From a virus (taxonomy: Duplodnaviria > Caudoviricetes): a stretch of DNA of 64,000 nucleotides. The notes under the pieces are model-generated. The model saw nothing but the letters and a program-made list of their open reading frames with translations, ran no database searches and was not told the DNA's origin. The first letter of the stretch is position 1; the number at the start of each line of letters is the position of its first letter. The translations under genes and the position numbers were made by a program. Of this stretch, positions 28,315-38,153 are shown piece after piece. The stretch is taken from IMG/VR virus record IMGVR_UViG_3300028909_000001. One strand, given 5' to 3'.

Positions 28315-28533
28315 ATGAAGAAACTCACTCCAGCTCAGTTTAAAGAGTATATTTCAAATCCTCTAGTTAATGATAGTAAAGTTCGTAGTTATTGTGATAT
28401 TCCTGAAGATAAGTATTTTACTGTAAGTATCTGGCCTGAAGAAGGAATAGTAAATGAAACAAGAGGGCTTCATAGAGTAGTAAAGACTCCTAAAATCTCA
28501 AAGTCTAATCAATCAAAAACTACAACCATTTAG
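28315..28533 (+). CDS. Hypothetical protein
   Basis: 72-aa ORF converging on terL. Confidence 0.55.
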   Translation: MKKLTPAQFKEYISNPLVNDSKVRSYCDIPEDKYFTVSIWPEEGIVNETRGLHRVVKTPKISKSNQSKTTTI

Positions 28534-30206
28534 ATATTGTGAGTAGTAAAGAAGCTATTACCATTCCAGAGATGAGCAGCACAAGCACACCAAGTAATAC
28601 AATGAAATGCATCATCAGGGTCACGGTGTCTGTAAAATATCTTGCTTCTAAGGTTATCTTCTTTAACTTCAGTAAATATAGAAAGAATATCCTGGCAAGC
28701 CTCACTACTATCCTCCCAGCAAGGTAATAGTATCTTGGATTTCTTTATTAGTTCAAAGGTGAAACTCATTACTTCACTTCGATTAAGACACCATCTAGTC
28801 TGGCTCCAATCCAAAGCATCAGGTGGAAAGTCTGTATATTGAGTTAAATTCATTTCACGGTAACTTACTAATTGTGTCATTGAGCTATTATATAAGTTAC
28901 CCAGCATTTTTCCTCTAATCGGGTCAGGTCCGGAATCAGTGAAGAGAGTTGGCTGATATACCCTACAAATGTCAGCAATCTCTCTTATCTGGAGTTCATA
29001 GTCGGTATTCTTAAAAATCCTGATATAGAACACTTCTAGATAACCATCATGTCTTAAACCCATTAATGTAAACACAGTTCTGGAGCTTTCAGGATTCACT
29101 CCCCAATCAACACCACCAACTATATACTGGTATCTAGTTGCATTACGCTGATAGATGGTATTCATTGGACCTAGCACACATAATGATTTTAAGTGTTCCT
29201 CAGTAATAGGTTTACTACCAATATCATAAGCCAGACCAAATACTTCGTTGTAAACTTGTAGAACACTATAGTTACTATCTATATTATGAACCTTATTATA
29301 TATTTCCTTCCAATCCTTTTCTCTTTGATTGTAATATGGTAGGATAGGTTGAGCTAGATGAAATCCATATAATTCATGTTCCCCTGGGTTAAAGTCAATC
29401 CACTGACCTATATTAGTATTTAGAAGCTTGCTGCACTTACTGCAACTCAACCCTTGTTTAAGAATCATTTTTAGAGGCTCATTAGCTTCTGTAAGTGAAT
29501 TCCAGTGATTGCAGCCTTCACATTTAGTCATCCATTCCATTTGATGCCCCTTCTTCCAGATAGTATTAATAGTATTATCTGTAGTAAGAGGAGTACCAGC
29601 ATATGTTTCTCGTTTAATTGGACTAATAGCCATGGTTTCATTTACAACTGGTATAATATCCAGATTCATCCCCTGGCACTCGTCGAAGATGTTGGAATCC
29701 GTAGCGGGACCTCTAGTACGTGATGCATCCTCACTAGCATAAGTTAGTATGATATTACTATTACTATCAGCTACTTCCTTAACATAGACATCATTTTTAG
29801 ATAGTTTGCTGATGATCTTTTGTAGTGGTGGGCTGGCAAATCTGGCAGTTAAATAATCATGTGAAAATCTTTTTGTAGCCTGTTCGTTAGGTGCAACATA
29901 CATCATTCGATAGTAATTATATCGAACTAAATTCAAAGCTATCATATTACTGACTAACGTTGATTTTAACGTCTTTCTTGAACACTTTAATAATAACTTT
30001 CTTGGTAGTCCGTCATAGATAGACCGCATCATTGGGAATTTATCCAACTTTTGTGGCTGTCCTTCGTTGTTATATAGATAAAGTTCTACGAGCTTGGATA
30101 GAGGACTATTCAAGAATAGCAGCTGTCTTGCTAGAAATCGTGACTTTTGATCCGTCTGTTTAAACAACGCTGCCGCTTGCTGATATATATTATGGATAGA
30201 AAGCAT
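28530..30206 (-). CDS. terL: Terminase large subunit, GpA-like (minus strand, mislabelled + in the track)
   Basis: LKCSRKTLKST Walker A-like motif, SRTRGPAT and IFDECQ Walker B, GTP motif, CxxC..CxxC zinc finger, YNEVFGLAY, and nuclease GGVDWG...DDAFH. Confidence 0.88.
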   Translation of the reverse strand: MLSIHNIYQQAAALFKQTDQKSRFLARQLLFLNSPLSKLVELYLYNNEGQPQKLDKFPMMRSIYDGLPRKLLLKCSRKTLKSTLVSNMIALNLVRYNYYRMMYVAPNEQATKRFSHDYLTARFASPPLQKIISKLSKNDVYVKEVADSNSNIILTYASEDASRTRGPATDSNIFDECQGMNLDIIPVVNETMAISPIKRETYAGTPLTTDNTINTIWKKGHQMEWMTKCEGCNHWNSLTEANEPLKMILKQGLSCSKCSKLLNTNIGQWIDFNPGEHELYGFHLAQPILPYYNQREKDWKEIYNKVHNIDSNYSVLQVYNEVFGLAYDIGSKPITEEHLKSLCVLGPMNTIYQRNATRYQYIVGGVDWGVNPESSRTVFTLMGLRHDGYLEVFYIRIFKNTDYELQIREIADICRVYQPTLFTDSGPDPIRGKMLGNLYNSSMTQLVSYREMNLTQYTDFPPDALDWSQTRWCLNRSEVMSFTFELIKKSKILLPCWEDSSEACQDILSIFTEVKEDNLRSKIFYRHRDPDDAFHCITWCACAAHLWNGNSFFTTHNI

Positions 30207-30457
30207 AAGGTTAATGAAGTAGATAGTTTAGATCTAGGTCTTTCTATTTGTTTTCATTTTCTTAAACTATGCTTAATTGAAATCCTGTCACTTTTAAACA
30301 TCTTACTCAAATAACAACTAATCTTAACTAGCTTTACATCTTATGTCAAGATCTGCTAAAAAATACAATTCTCGATCCAAACCCAAAAAACATTCTAAAA
30401 TTAAAGGAGTGTACGAAACTAATACTGCACCTATACTAAACTCTGCCGCTAAATCGA

Positions 30458-30823
30458 ATGTCAAAAAATCTGATAAATGAAGGAGATACCGTTGTTTTTG
30501 CTCAACGGTATCTCGCTGATGATATATTCTCTACTCTATACGGTAAACAAGGCAAGGTTTTATCTGTAAAAGAAGAATATGCTGTAATAAACTTCAATGA
30601 TGCTGCTGTAGAAGTTTATCTTGAAGATTTGGAAAAGCTTAATACTTCCTCAACCCCAGAATTGGAGAATGAGGAGATTGAAATAGATAGAGTCGATTTG
30701 TTAGAAAACCATGATTGCAGTGGATTACAACCAGCACAATTAATAGCTCATAAACTTTTGGCCCAGGAAACCGATCCTGGACTGAATAACGAAATAACAC
30801 AACTACTAAACATAAACCAGTAA
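30458..30823 (+). CDS. Hypothetical protein with an SH3/KOW-like N-terminus
   Basis: EGDTVVF...GKQGKVLSV..YAVINF pattern. Confidence 0.6.
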   Translation: MSKNLINEGDTVVFAQRYLADDIFSTLYGKQGKVLSVKEEYAVINFNDAAVEVYLEDLEKLNTSSTPELENEEIEIDRVDLLENHDCSGLQPAQLIAHKLLAQETDPGLNNEITQLLNINQ

Positions 30824-30824
30824 A

Positions 30825-31733
30825 ATGCAAAAGATATCGTTTGAAGATAAATTTAAGAACTATCTTCGTGCTAGTTATCCCATCCTTTGGATCAGGACTC
30901 ACGAAGAAAGCAGAGTAACCAGAAGTATCATTAATGCGGTTGCTGATGCTAAACAAATAACCATATATAGTTGGGATTGTAAGAGATTGTTGGAGAAATA
31001 TGTTAAAAATGCTGACAAGTCTGTTATTAACAACTTTGAATCCGTTAAAGGTGGTGTTGGCACAAGTACAGGACCTAATGCAGGACCCAAGGATTATGGC
31101 CTGACTAATGCAATTGAGAGCATTAAAGCGTTGCCTAATGGAACTGGACGGAATATTATCATTATGAAGGATTTCCATCCTTATATTGAAGCTCCTGGGC
31201 AAGTCCGGCCTATTCGTAATGCCATTGATGATTTGAAGTGTAAGGGAAATATGTTGGTGTTTATATCTCCTATCATTAAGATTCCTGTAGAGTTGGAGAA
31301 GGAGATTCAAATTCTGGATTTCCACCTCCCTGATGAAAAGCAATTAGAGGGTATTTTAATGTCCGTAGTAGCCATCTTTAATAAAAAGAATGAGGAGAAG
31401 GGTGAGCCGGAAAAGAAGATTGATCCTGACATTAAGCAAGCTACTATTGAAGCTCTGAAAGGACTTACATTTAGTGAAGCTCATGATGCAGTAAGTTTGG
31501 CTATTATTGAGAATCATGAATTTAATGCTTCTTTCGTCCTTAGTGTATTTAACGAGAAGGTTAAACAAGTCAAGCGTGGTGGTCAGTTACAATATCAACA
31601 ATCTGATATTACTTATGAGCATATTGGTGGTTTGGATGGCTTGAAGAAATGGACAGAAGTGAGATCTAAAGCTTATAGTCAGAAAGCTAGAGATTATCAT
31701 TTGCCGTACCCTAAGGGAGTTCTACTGGCTGGT
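30825..31733 (+). CDS. Ycf46-like AAA+ ATPase, exon 1
   Basis: LRASYPILWIRTHEESRV N-terminus, IMKDFH, DFxLP, and IGGLDGLKKW...PYPKGVLLAG ending just before the Walker A core. Confidence 0.88.
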
Positions 31734-32039
31734 GAATTAAATTGACGAATACCTTTGGTTATGGTAAATAATATATTCGTTAGTTTTTATGCCGGTCGCT
31801 CTAGTAATGGAGCGAAGCTTACAGCGGAAAAAATCGGGGACCCTATTAAAAATGAGGGAATCCGACCTGAAGGTTCTATAGATTATTCTATTTAACCAGG
31901 GGCAGAGCATAGTGGATGTAATAAGCCACCAAGAGACCGCTGCAACCTAGAAATAGGTTGAATATATATGCCGAACTATGTGCGTAAGATACTAAGCCAT
32001 AGAAGTAGAGGATAAAAAGCCTTTACGATAACAAAATTG
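31734..32039 (+). mobile_element. ORF-less group I intron (306 nt) in the AAA+ ATPase gene
   Basis: Exon 1 ends in U (GGT) and the intron ends in G (AAATTG). Removal restores GVLLAG-IPGTGKT. A P7-like pairing CAGAGCATA / TATATGCC is present. Confidence 0.82.
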
Positions 32040-32807
32040 ATACCAGGAACAGGGAAAACAGCAATTGCCAAAGCCACTGCAAATCAGTTTGGCTTTCCGT
32101 TGTTTCAGTTAGATATAGGAAGTTTATTTGGTAAGTATGTGGGTGAAAGTGAGGAAAACTTCCGTAGAGTAATTGAAACAGTTGATAGTATTGGACGGTG
32201 TGTGTTGTTCATCGACGAAATTGAAAAAGGTCTGAATCGTAATGCAGTATCTGGTGCTGGTGACTCAGGTACATCTTCTCGTACGTTTGCTACACTATTA
32301 AGTTGGTTGAGTGATCACAAATCTCCCGTATTTGTTATAGCCACCACTAATGATCATACTAAACTCCCACCCGAGTTTATTCGTAAAGGCAGGTTTGATG
32401 ATGTATTCTGGGTCGACTTGCCTACACTAGCTGAGAGAATATCGATCTTTGATGTGTTAATTAAGCGGTATTTTCGAGAGCCAGCCAAGTATAACCTGGC
32501 TAAACTTGCTGAGAAGACTGAAGGTTTTACTGGTGCTGAAATTGAAGAAGTTATCAAAGGTGCCATGTTTAACCGGTTTGATAAAGATGGTAAGGAATTC
32601 ACTAACACTGACTTGCTGGATGAGATTAACAGTACTCAACCAATCAGCGTTACGTCCAAAGTTGATATTGATGCTATGCGGGAGAAGGCGGTGGGCAAGC
32701 TCAGAGTTGCTAGCGTTAGTGGTTCAGTGAAAATGTTTACCATGGATGAAACTAAGCGAAGAACTGAAGGTAACGGTGAAGACAGAGCGTTAGATCCGTT
32801 TAACTAA
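32040..32807 (+). CDS. Ycf46-like AAA+ ATPase, exon 2
   Basis: IPGTGKT (Walker A), LFIDEIEK (Walker B), ATTND sensor 1, RKGRFD arginine finger and GFTGAEIE. Confidence 0.92.
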   Translation: MPGTGKTAIAKATANQFGFPLFQLDIGSLFGKYVGESEENFRRVIETVDSIGRCVLFIDEIEKGLNRNAVSGAGDSGTSSRTFATLLSWLSDHKSPVFVIATTNDHTKLPPEFIRKGRFDDVFWVDLPTLAERISIFDVLIKRYFREPAKYNLAKLAEKTEGFTGAEIEEVIKGAMFNRFDKDGKEFTNTDLLDEINSTQPISVTSKVDIDAMREKAVGKLRVASVSGSVKMFTMDETKRRTEGNGEDRALDPFN

Positions 32808-32813
32808 AAATAT

Positions 32814-32842
32814 GGGGAAGCTAGCATTAAACTAGCTTCCCC
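32814..32842 (+). terminator. Intergenic hairpin
   Basis: GGGGAAGCTAG-N7-CTAGCTTCCCC. Confidence 0.7.
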
Positions 32843-32851
32843 TATCTATTT

Positions 32852-33262
32852 ATGGGAATGTTCGATCAAATAAAATGCAAATATCCATTACCAGTCACTG
32901 AGTTTCAAAATACTACATTTCAAACCAAAGATACTCCTGCCCAAGCTTGTGATTTATACGAGATTAGGGAGGACGGCACACTTTGGTATGAGAATTATGA
33001 TCAAGAAGATCAGAGTGAACGAGGTATATGGATTAAAAATCATCCTGACCAAGAACCTCCAGAAGAATTAAAGGGGTTGCGAGGATTCATAGGTTGTGGT
33101 GCCAAGGTTAATAGACGGTGGGAACAAGTTATTTTTACCGGAGAGATTTGTTTTTATGAAGCTCTTGGAAAAGATTATACTGGTTGGATAGAGTTTTCCG
33201 CCTACTTCGAAAACGGAAAAGTGGTAAGACTTAATCTTATAGCACATAAAAAACCTGATTAA
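32852..33262 (+). CDS. Conserved phage hypothetical protein
   Basis: MGMFDxIxC...FQTKD...FTGEIxFY...WIEFxAxFxxG pattern recalled from phage hypothetical proteins. Confidence 0.7.
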   Translation: MGMFDQIKCKYPLPVTEFQNTTFQTKDTPAQACDLYEIREDGTLWYENYDQEDQSERGIWIKNHPDQEPPEELKGLRGFIGCGAKVNRRWEQVIFTGEICFYEALGKDYTGWIEFSAYFENGKVVRLNLIAHKKPD

Positions 33263-33264
33263 TT

Positions 33265-34251
33265 ATGAAGAATGTAGCATTGCCTGATTTGGAGAAACGG
33301 ACTAGAAACTTATTTCAATCAGGAAAATTAGTACAAGTACATGTCAGTAAATGGAGTATGATGGTAGGAGCAGATACCAAGGATTTAGGAATCGAGGAAA
33401 AAGATAGTAAAATCCCGGCATTTGTGACTATTGGAAAGAAAGCACTTTTTACTGATGAAGTTAGGTTGGTTTTTTCAAGAATAGAATCGGCAGCCAGGGC
33501 ATACTTGATCCACAATTCACATCAATATCCAATAGCTGATGCTCATTTTGTCCCCACCAAGCTGTTAGAGAAGGTTAGTATAGAATTGGATAAGTACCGA
33601 GCCGAGTTTTTCAAGCAAGTTGATAATCTTATTACTAATTACGAAGTATACAAACAACAAATGCTGGACAAGTACCCGGATTATGAAGATAATCTGTTAC
33701 CTTGTTATCTACCTATAAGTGAAGTTAGAAGCAGGTATAATTTTAGCATAAGTTTGTATGAAGTAGCATTTCCGAAGAAGATGGATAAGGTGACAAGGAC
33801 GGAAATTATTGCTCAAAATTTAGCAGCTGAAAAGGCCTCAGCTAAATATGAGGCACTAATGAAAGAACAATATCAGCATCATTTAACGCAAATGGAATCC
33901 TTTCTTAAAGAGAGTACTTTGGCGTTGCGTGGTGAGATAGTAAAGACTTTCGAAGTGATGGCGCAAAAGATACAAAATAGAGAAGTTATTTCTGGTGCAA
34001 ATTTAAAGACAATGAAGGCAGCTATTGATAGTTTTGATGCCTTGGATTTTCTTGATGACCAGAAAGTTAAACAAAATCTGGCTATTGTAAAGAAGTTGAT
34101 TAGTTCTGGAGCTGATTTTAAATCAGACGCTGAGATTGTGCAAAGGCTTAATACAGCCATTAATACTACCCTTGAAACTGCAAAATCCATTAGTGATATT
34201 GACACCTTGACCGGTGAGTATACTAGAAGATTGGATTTTGATGAACTATGA
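33265..34251 (+). CDS. DUF3150-like protein
   Basis: GKKAL...FSRIESAARAYL...FVP....V..EL.....EF......L..NY pattern. Confidence 0.55.
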   Translation: MKNVALPDLEKRTRNLFQSGKLVQVHVSKWSMMVGADTKDLGIEEKDSKIPAFVTIGKKALFTDEVRLVFSRIESAARAYLIHNSHQYPIADAHFVPTKLLEKVSIELDKYRAEFFKQVDNLITNYEVYKQQMLDKYPDYEDNLLPCYLPISEVRSRYNFSISLYEVAFPKKMDKVTRTEIIAQNLAAEKASAKYEALMKEQYQHHLTQMESFLKESTLALRGEIVKTFEVMAQKIQNREVISGANLKTMKAAIDSFDALDFLDDQKVKQNLAIVKKLISSGADFKSDAEIVQRLNTAINTTLETAKSISDIDTLTGEYTRRLDFDEL

Positions 34252-34254
34252 ATT

Positions 34255-34617
34255 ATGGTAATATTTGAAGGAATGCCATACCCGTTAGATATGGTATATA
34301 TTAAGTTGGCAGGTAAGACAGAAATTGTCAGTATTCCACTTTTTGAAGCAGTGGCAATTCTAAATAATGCTTCTTTTGATTATAACGGTAGTAAGGCAAA
34401 ATCAATAGAAAAAGGAGTTGAAACTTATGTCTTTAAAGGTGATACTAGTAAGGAAAAGAACAAGGTATTCGTAGTGCCTAAAGAAAAGCTTAGAATAACG
34501 TTAGAAGCAGATATTTACGATAACAACAAAGCAGATAGAATAACAGATTTAGCTATACAACCAATGGATGAGTTGTTGGTTAATGAAGTAAAAAAATTAA
34601 TTGAAATTCAACAATAA
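34255..34617 (+). CDS. Hypothetical protein
   Basis: 120-aa ORF inside the operon. Confidence 0.6.
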   Translation: MVIFEGMPYPLDMVYIKLAGKTEIVSIPLFEAVAILNNASFDYNGSKAKSIEKGVETYVFKGDTSKEKNKVFVVPKEKLRITLEADIYDNNKADRITDLAIQPMDELLVNEVKKLIEIQQ

Positions 34618-34635
34618 ACAACACATAAATAACAT

Positions 34636-35028
34636 ATGTCACACACTGTAAAAATCAACACTCAATTCAAAACCGAATTCATGACCTCTTTTCAAAGAGC
34701 GCTTACACATTTCGGTTGGAAGATTGAAAACGACAGCAAAATCAACACTTATCCTAGTGACCCGGCTAGAAATGAGGTTTATCCAATGGTGGCCAAAAAC
34801 CCCAATAATGGATATGATATCGGAATGAAGTTGAACGAGACTACCGGAGAAATCGAACTGTACGGTGATTTCTATGATGGTAGCATCTCCAAGACTTTGG
34901 GTAGTAACTGTGAAGCATTGAAGCAGGAGTATGGTTGCTGTGTCATTGAAGACAAACTAGCTTATGAAGGCTATGTTGCGACCCGGCATGTCCAGGAAAA
35001 TGGCATTGTCGATATTTACGCTGAATAA
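34636..35028 (+). CDS. DUF1257/Ycf35-like protein
   Basis: MSHxxxIxT N-terminus, YDIG....GEIELYGDFY and LKQEY. Confidence 0.75.
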   Translation: MSHTVKINTQFKTEFMTSFQRALTHFGWKIENDSKINTYPSDPARNEVYPMVAKNPNNGYDIGMKLNETTGEIELYGDFYDGSISKTLGSNCEALKQEYGCCVIEDKLAYEGYVATRHVQENGIVDIYAE

Positions 35029-35031
35029 GCT

Positions 35032-35412
35032 ATGGTGAATACTGCTACACAGAAGCAGGGGCAGCAAGGAGCATGGGGTAATACTCATGCTCCTTCCAAG
35101 CCTTTACACAAAAAATATGAAGTTGGCCTGTCTGATAAGTTAAAGAGCAGGGTTGCTAATTTAATTCTTAATTACTTCTTGTTTGAACAGCCACCAGCAC
35201 AAAGTATTAAACTGGTTGACAATTCTTTGCGTCAATTAGATGAAGTTAATAATGTCTGGGCTGCTAGTGTACAAACAATAGTATATTATAAGAAGATAGC
35301 TCCTAGAGTACATACTTCTAGAGTAAGATTCCGCATCCTGTGTGAAAAAGATATCACTAACATCGAAACATCAAAAATTAACATCCACAAAAACCAAGTA
35401 ATATTTATATGA
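35032..35412 (+). CDS. Hypothetical protein
   Basis: 126-aa ORF inside the operon. Confidence 0.6.
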   Translation: MVNTATQKQGQQGAWGNTHAPSKPLHKKYEVGLSDKLKSRVANLILNYFLFEQPPAQSIKLVDNSLRQLDEVNNVWAASVQTIVYYKKIAPRVHTSRVRFRILCEKDITNIETSKINIHKNQVIFI

Positions 35413-35615
35413 ACAAACCAAAAATTCACTTCCAAATTGCCAAAGACGGTAACGTTACTGTCATGGACGTTAAGGGAGCAGGCACTAGTTGTCTGGAAAC
35501 TACTTCAGGTATCGAAAAGGCGTTGGGTATTGTAGACGAGAAGTCTCGGGCTACTAATGCCAGTGCTTATGAAGACCCTGAACAGATTAAACTCGAAAAT
35601 ACCATCACTGAATGA
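35409..35615 (+). CDS. DUF2997-like protein
   Basis: IHFQIAKDGNVTVMDVKGAGTSCLETTSGIEKALG. Confidence 0.75.
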   Translation: MNKPKIHFQIAKDGNVTVMDVKGAGTSCLETTSGIEKALGIVDEKSRATNASAYEDPEQIKLENTITE

Positions 35616-35839
35616 AAATTCGTGTAGGTACTGACGGTGTTATTTCTGCTGTCTATTCTGATAAGTTAATGAACATGAATCTGGGTAAATTGAAAGTTAC
35701 CAGAGCTAGTAATGTTGAGTTTAATGAAACTAGTCAGGAATGGGAAGCTAGAACACCTGAAAATGAGTTGATTGCTCATGGACCTAACCGGGATGCAGTG
35801 ATTAAAGAAGAAGTTAGAGTCATTGAATCTAGGTTGTAA
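35612..35839 (+). CDS. Small conserved protein of Ycf46-type loci
   Basis: IxVxxDGxIxAVYSD.L....LG.L...RASNVEF.....W...........R..AI.EE pattern. Confidence 0.6.
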   Translation: MKIRVGTDGVISAVYSDKLMNMNLGKLKVTRASNVEFNETSQEWEARTPENELIAHGPNRDAVIKEEVRVIESRL

Positions 35840-35845
35840 GTAGTA

Positions 35846-35880
35846 GAGGGAGGTAGGCATTTATTTTGTCTACCTCCCTC
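35846..35880 (+). terminator. Intergenic hairpin
   Basis: GAGGGAGGTAGGCA...TGTCTACCTCCCTC. Confidence 0.7.
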
Positions 35881-35893
35881 AATTTATATTCTT

Positions 35894-36340
35894 ATGAAAA
35901 TAACTAAAAGAGGTAATAGATGGTATGACGAAAATAATAATAGTTGGATAACTGAAGAATCAGCTACTCTATACTCACCTACCCTAACTAATTGTATATG
36001 GTGTAGAGATTGTAGTGATTGTATTAATTGTAGTTATTGTAGTCATTGTATTAGTTGTATTAGTTGTAGTGATTGTAGTTATTGTAGTGGTTGTAGTAAT
36101 TGTAGTAGTTGTAATAATTGTAGTCGCTGTATTAATTGTAGTAGTTGTAGTTATTGTGTTGATTGTAATGATTGTAGAGATTGTATTAGTTGTAGGTATT
36201 GTAGAGATTGTAGTTACTGTGAATCAATTTATGATCTGAGTAATAAGATAAGTTTTGCAGCCCAATTTAAGGATAGACAAGAACCAACTATTAGGGTGGA
36301 AATAGATATTAATGATAGAAAACTGGAACCAGATTTGTAG
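35894..36340 (+). CDS. Cys-rich (CxxCxxC)n tripeptide-repeat protein, paralog 1
   Basis: About 26 consecutive C-x-x units encoded by TGT-based 9-mers. Confidence 0.8.
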   Translation: MKITKRGNRWYDENNNSWITEESATLYSPTLTNCIWCRDCSDCINCSYCSHCISCISCSDCSYCSGCSNCSSCNNCSRCINCSSCSYCVDCNDCRDCISCRYCRDCSYCESIYDLSNKISFAAQFKDRQEPTIRVEIDINDRKLEPDL

Positions 36341-36355
36341 TATAGTTCTTTATTT

Positions 36356-37489
36356 ATGAGTGAAAAAATAGTATTTAATTTAAACAAACCCAGCCCAACT
36401 TTTATAGCTAGTGCAGATATTCATTTAGGTAAGAAATTGTATAATTTCCCTGAACTTGAAGAAGATTTACGAGATAATTTTGTGAGACTAGTAGAATTAG
36501 CTATTGAAAAAGATGTACGGTATTTAATTATTGCTGGTGATCTATTTGAGGATAATAATTATACCAAACCACATACTATAGCCTTCATAGCTAAATTAGT
36601 GGCAAAATTAGCCTTACATGACATTAAACTGATAGGAATTGCAGGAGATCATGATAAGCCCTTAAAAGGTGAAGCCTGGATAAGAATTAGTGATATTCTA
36701 CCAGTTACTATAGAACCATCTTTTACTGGATTGGACTATTTTGATTACTCTTATGTAACTGTCGATGAATTAGTTACAGCTCTTACAGGAGATAAAAATC
36801 CTGAAAATATTAAGTGGATTTTCCTACATTGTCAATTTCCACAGTTATTCAAGATGGCAGAACCCAAGAAACTAATAGATTTCAATAAACTTGAGTTATT
36901 TAAGAATTTCCCTAATTTACAAGGTATAATAGCTGGAGACATTCATTCCGGTCCTGAAACCAAGGCTTATGGTGTTAATAGAGAGGCTTATGTAGGTTAT
37001 ACTGGTAGTTTGGGTATAACGGATATAGCTGAGTCTAGAACTGTAAAGTCAGTGTTATATTGTGATGGAAAGAATCTAATTAGACTTCCATTCCAGCAAA
37101 GAAGAGCCTGGAAAGAAATTAATTTTCAAGGAGAGGCAGCTGTAAATTTTGATGTTTCAGCTGAGTTAGAATGGATAAATAAAGAAAAATTTAAACCAGT
37201 TTTGAAAATAAACTGGGACAATAATAGTGACCCTTATATAAATAAATTAACAGCCTTATATGAAGCGGCATTGGTTAAATTACAACAACATCCAATTGGT
37301 TCGTTAACAAATGATGAATGTGAAGAAGTACTGACTAGTCGATCAGATATTACTACTGACGTTAAAATTGAAAAAGCTCTACATTCTTGCTGTGATGGGG
37401 ATGAGGATTTATATACCTTATCTTTATCTTTGTTAAATAATGATGTCAAAGACACATTAGACCAATTTAAAGCCAAATATGAATTATGA
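36356..37489 (+). CDS. sbcD: SbcD/Mre11-like metallophosphoesterase nuclease
   Basis: ADIHLG, IAGDLFE, AGDHD and AGDIH motifs, upstream of an SbcC gene. Confidence 0.88.
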   Translation: MSEKIVFNLNKPSPTFIASADIHLGKKLYNFPELEEDLRDNFVRLVELAIEKDVRYLIIAGDLFEDNNYTKPHTIAFIAKLVAKLALHDIKLIGIAGDHDKPLKGEAWIRISDILPVTIEPSFTGLDYFDYSYVTVDELVTALTGDKNPENIKWIFLHCQFPQLFKMAEPKKLIDFNKLELFKNFPNLQGIIAGDIHSGPETKAYGVNREAYVGYTGSLGITDIAESRTVKSVLYCDGKNLIRLPFQQRRAWKEINFQGEAAVNFDVSAELEWINKEKFKPVLKINWDNNSDPYINKLTALYEAALVKLQQHPIGSLTNDECEEVLTSRSDITTDVKIEKALHSCCDGDEDLYTLSLSLLNNDVKDTLDQFKAKYEL

Positions 37490-37986
37490 GCAGGCCGGGT
37501 TATTGGAAAACAAAAGATGCTGGTGAAATACCTTATAGTATAATGGAAAATAGCCACGTTAAACATGCATTACGGTACTTACGCAAGACTATATTAGCTA
37601 CAGATACTAAGCCGAATTATAGAGTATATTGTGAAGGTAAGTTAATAGAGTTAGGAGAAGAAGCACAAAGAAGAGGTATAATTACTTCAGAAGATATAAC
37701 TACTGATGCATTAATGGCTCAGATAGAGGTGTGGCAAACTGAATGGGATAGTAGACGAACTGTGATGCCAGTTATACAAAGTTCAATTCATACTCCATCT
37801 AATATTGATTTAAGTAATATATTTAATACAATACCAACTCCTATTAGTATATATAAACCACGCATTTCAGTTATTATAGATGTGGATAAAGAGTTAAGTA
37901 GAGTGACTGGTTTAAGAATATACAACCCTAATAAAGAATATGATGAGGGAATGTTCATTAATAGGAGATTGGATATGGAACTATGA
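37486..37986 (+). CDS. Hypothetical protein
   Basis: N-terminal WKTKDAGEIPYSIMENSHVKHAL phage module. Ends RRLDMEL. Confidence 0.7.
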   Translation: MSRPGYWKTKDAGEIPYSIMENSHVKHALRYLRKTILATDTKPNYRVYCEGKLIELGEEAQRRGIITSEDITTDALMAQIEVWQTEWDSRRTVMPVIQSSIHTPSNIDLSNIFNTIPTPISIYKPRISVIIDVDKELSRVTGLRIYNPNKEYDEGMFINRRLDMEL

Positions 37987-38153
37987 ACACAGATGATTAT
38001 GATTTAATAGAACGGATTATTGTAGTAGGTGATCGACTAGTTAATTATATTGATTATCCTCCAGATAAATATGAAGCTAAAGCATTGGAAGATTGGAAAG
38101 AAGCTACTAGAATATTTAGATCAATTATAGAAGAAAATAAAAGAAATCTATGA
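37983..38153 (+). CDS. Small hypothetical protein (56 aa), not in the track
   Basis: ATG overlaps the previous stop and the stop overlaps the next ATG. Translates MNTDDYDLIERIIVVGDRLVNY...KRNL. Confidence 0.55.
   Translation: MNTDDYDLIERIIVVGDRLVNYIDYPPDKYEAKALEDWKEATRIFRSIIEENKRNL

Noticed and set aside
28530-30206. ORF track strand label '+' for the terminase (and for 28520..28705)
   Set aside because: MLSIHNIY... reads from the reverse complement at 30206, so the terminase is on the minus strand. 28520..28705 is a shadow ORF.
30639-31343. 234-aa minus-strand ORF overlapping the AAA+ ATPase, and other antisense ORFs over long genes
   Set aside because: These are shadow ORFs without motifs, opposite well-supported genes.
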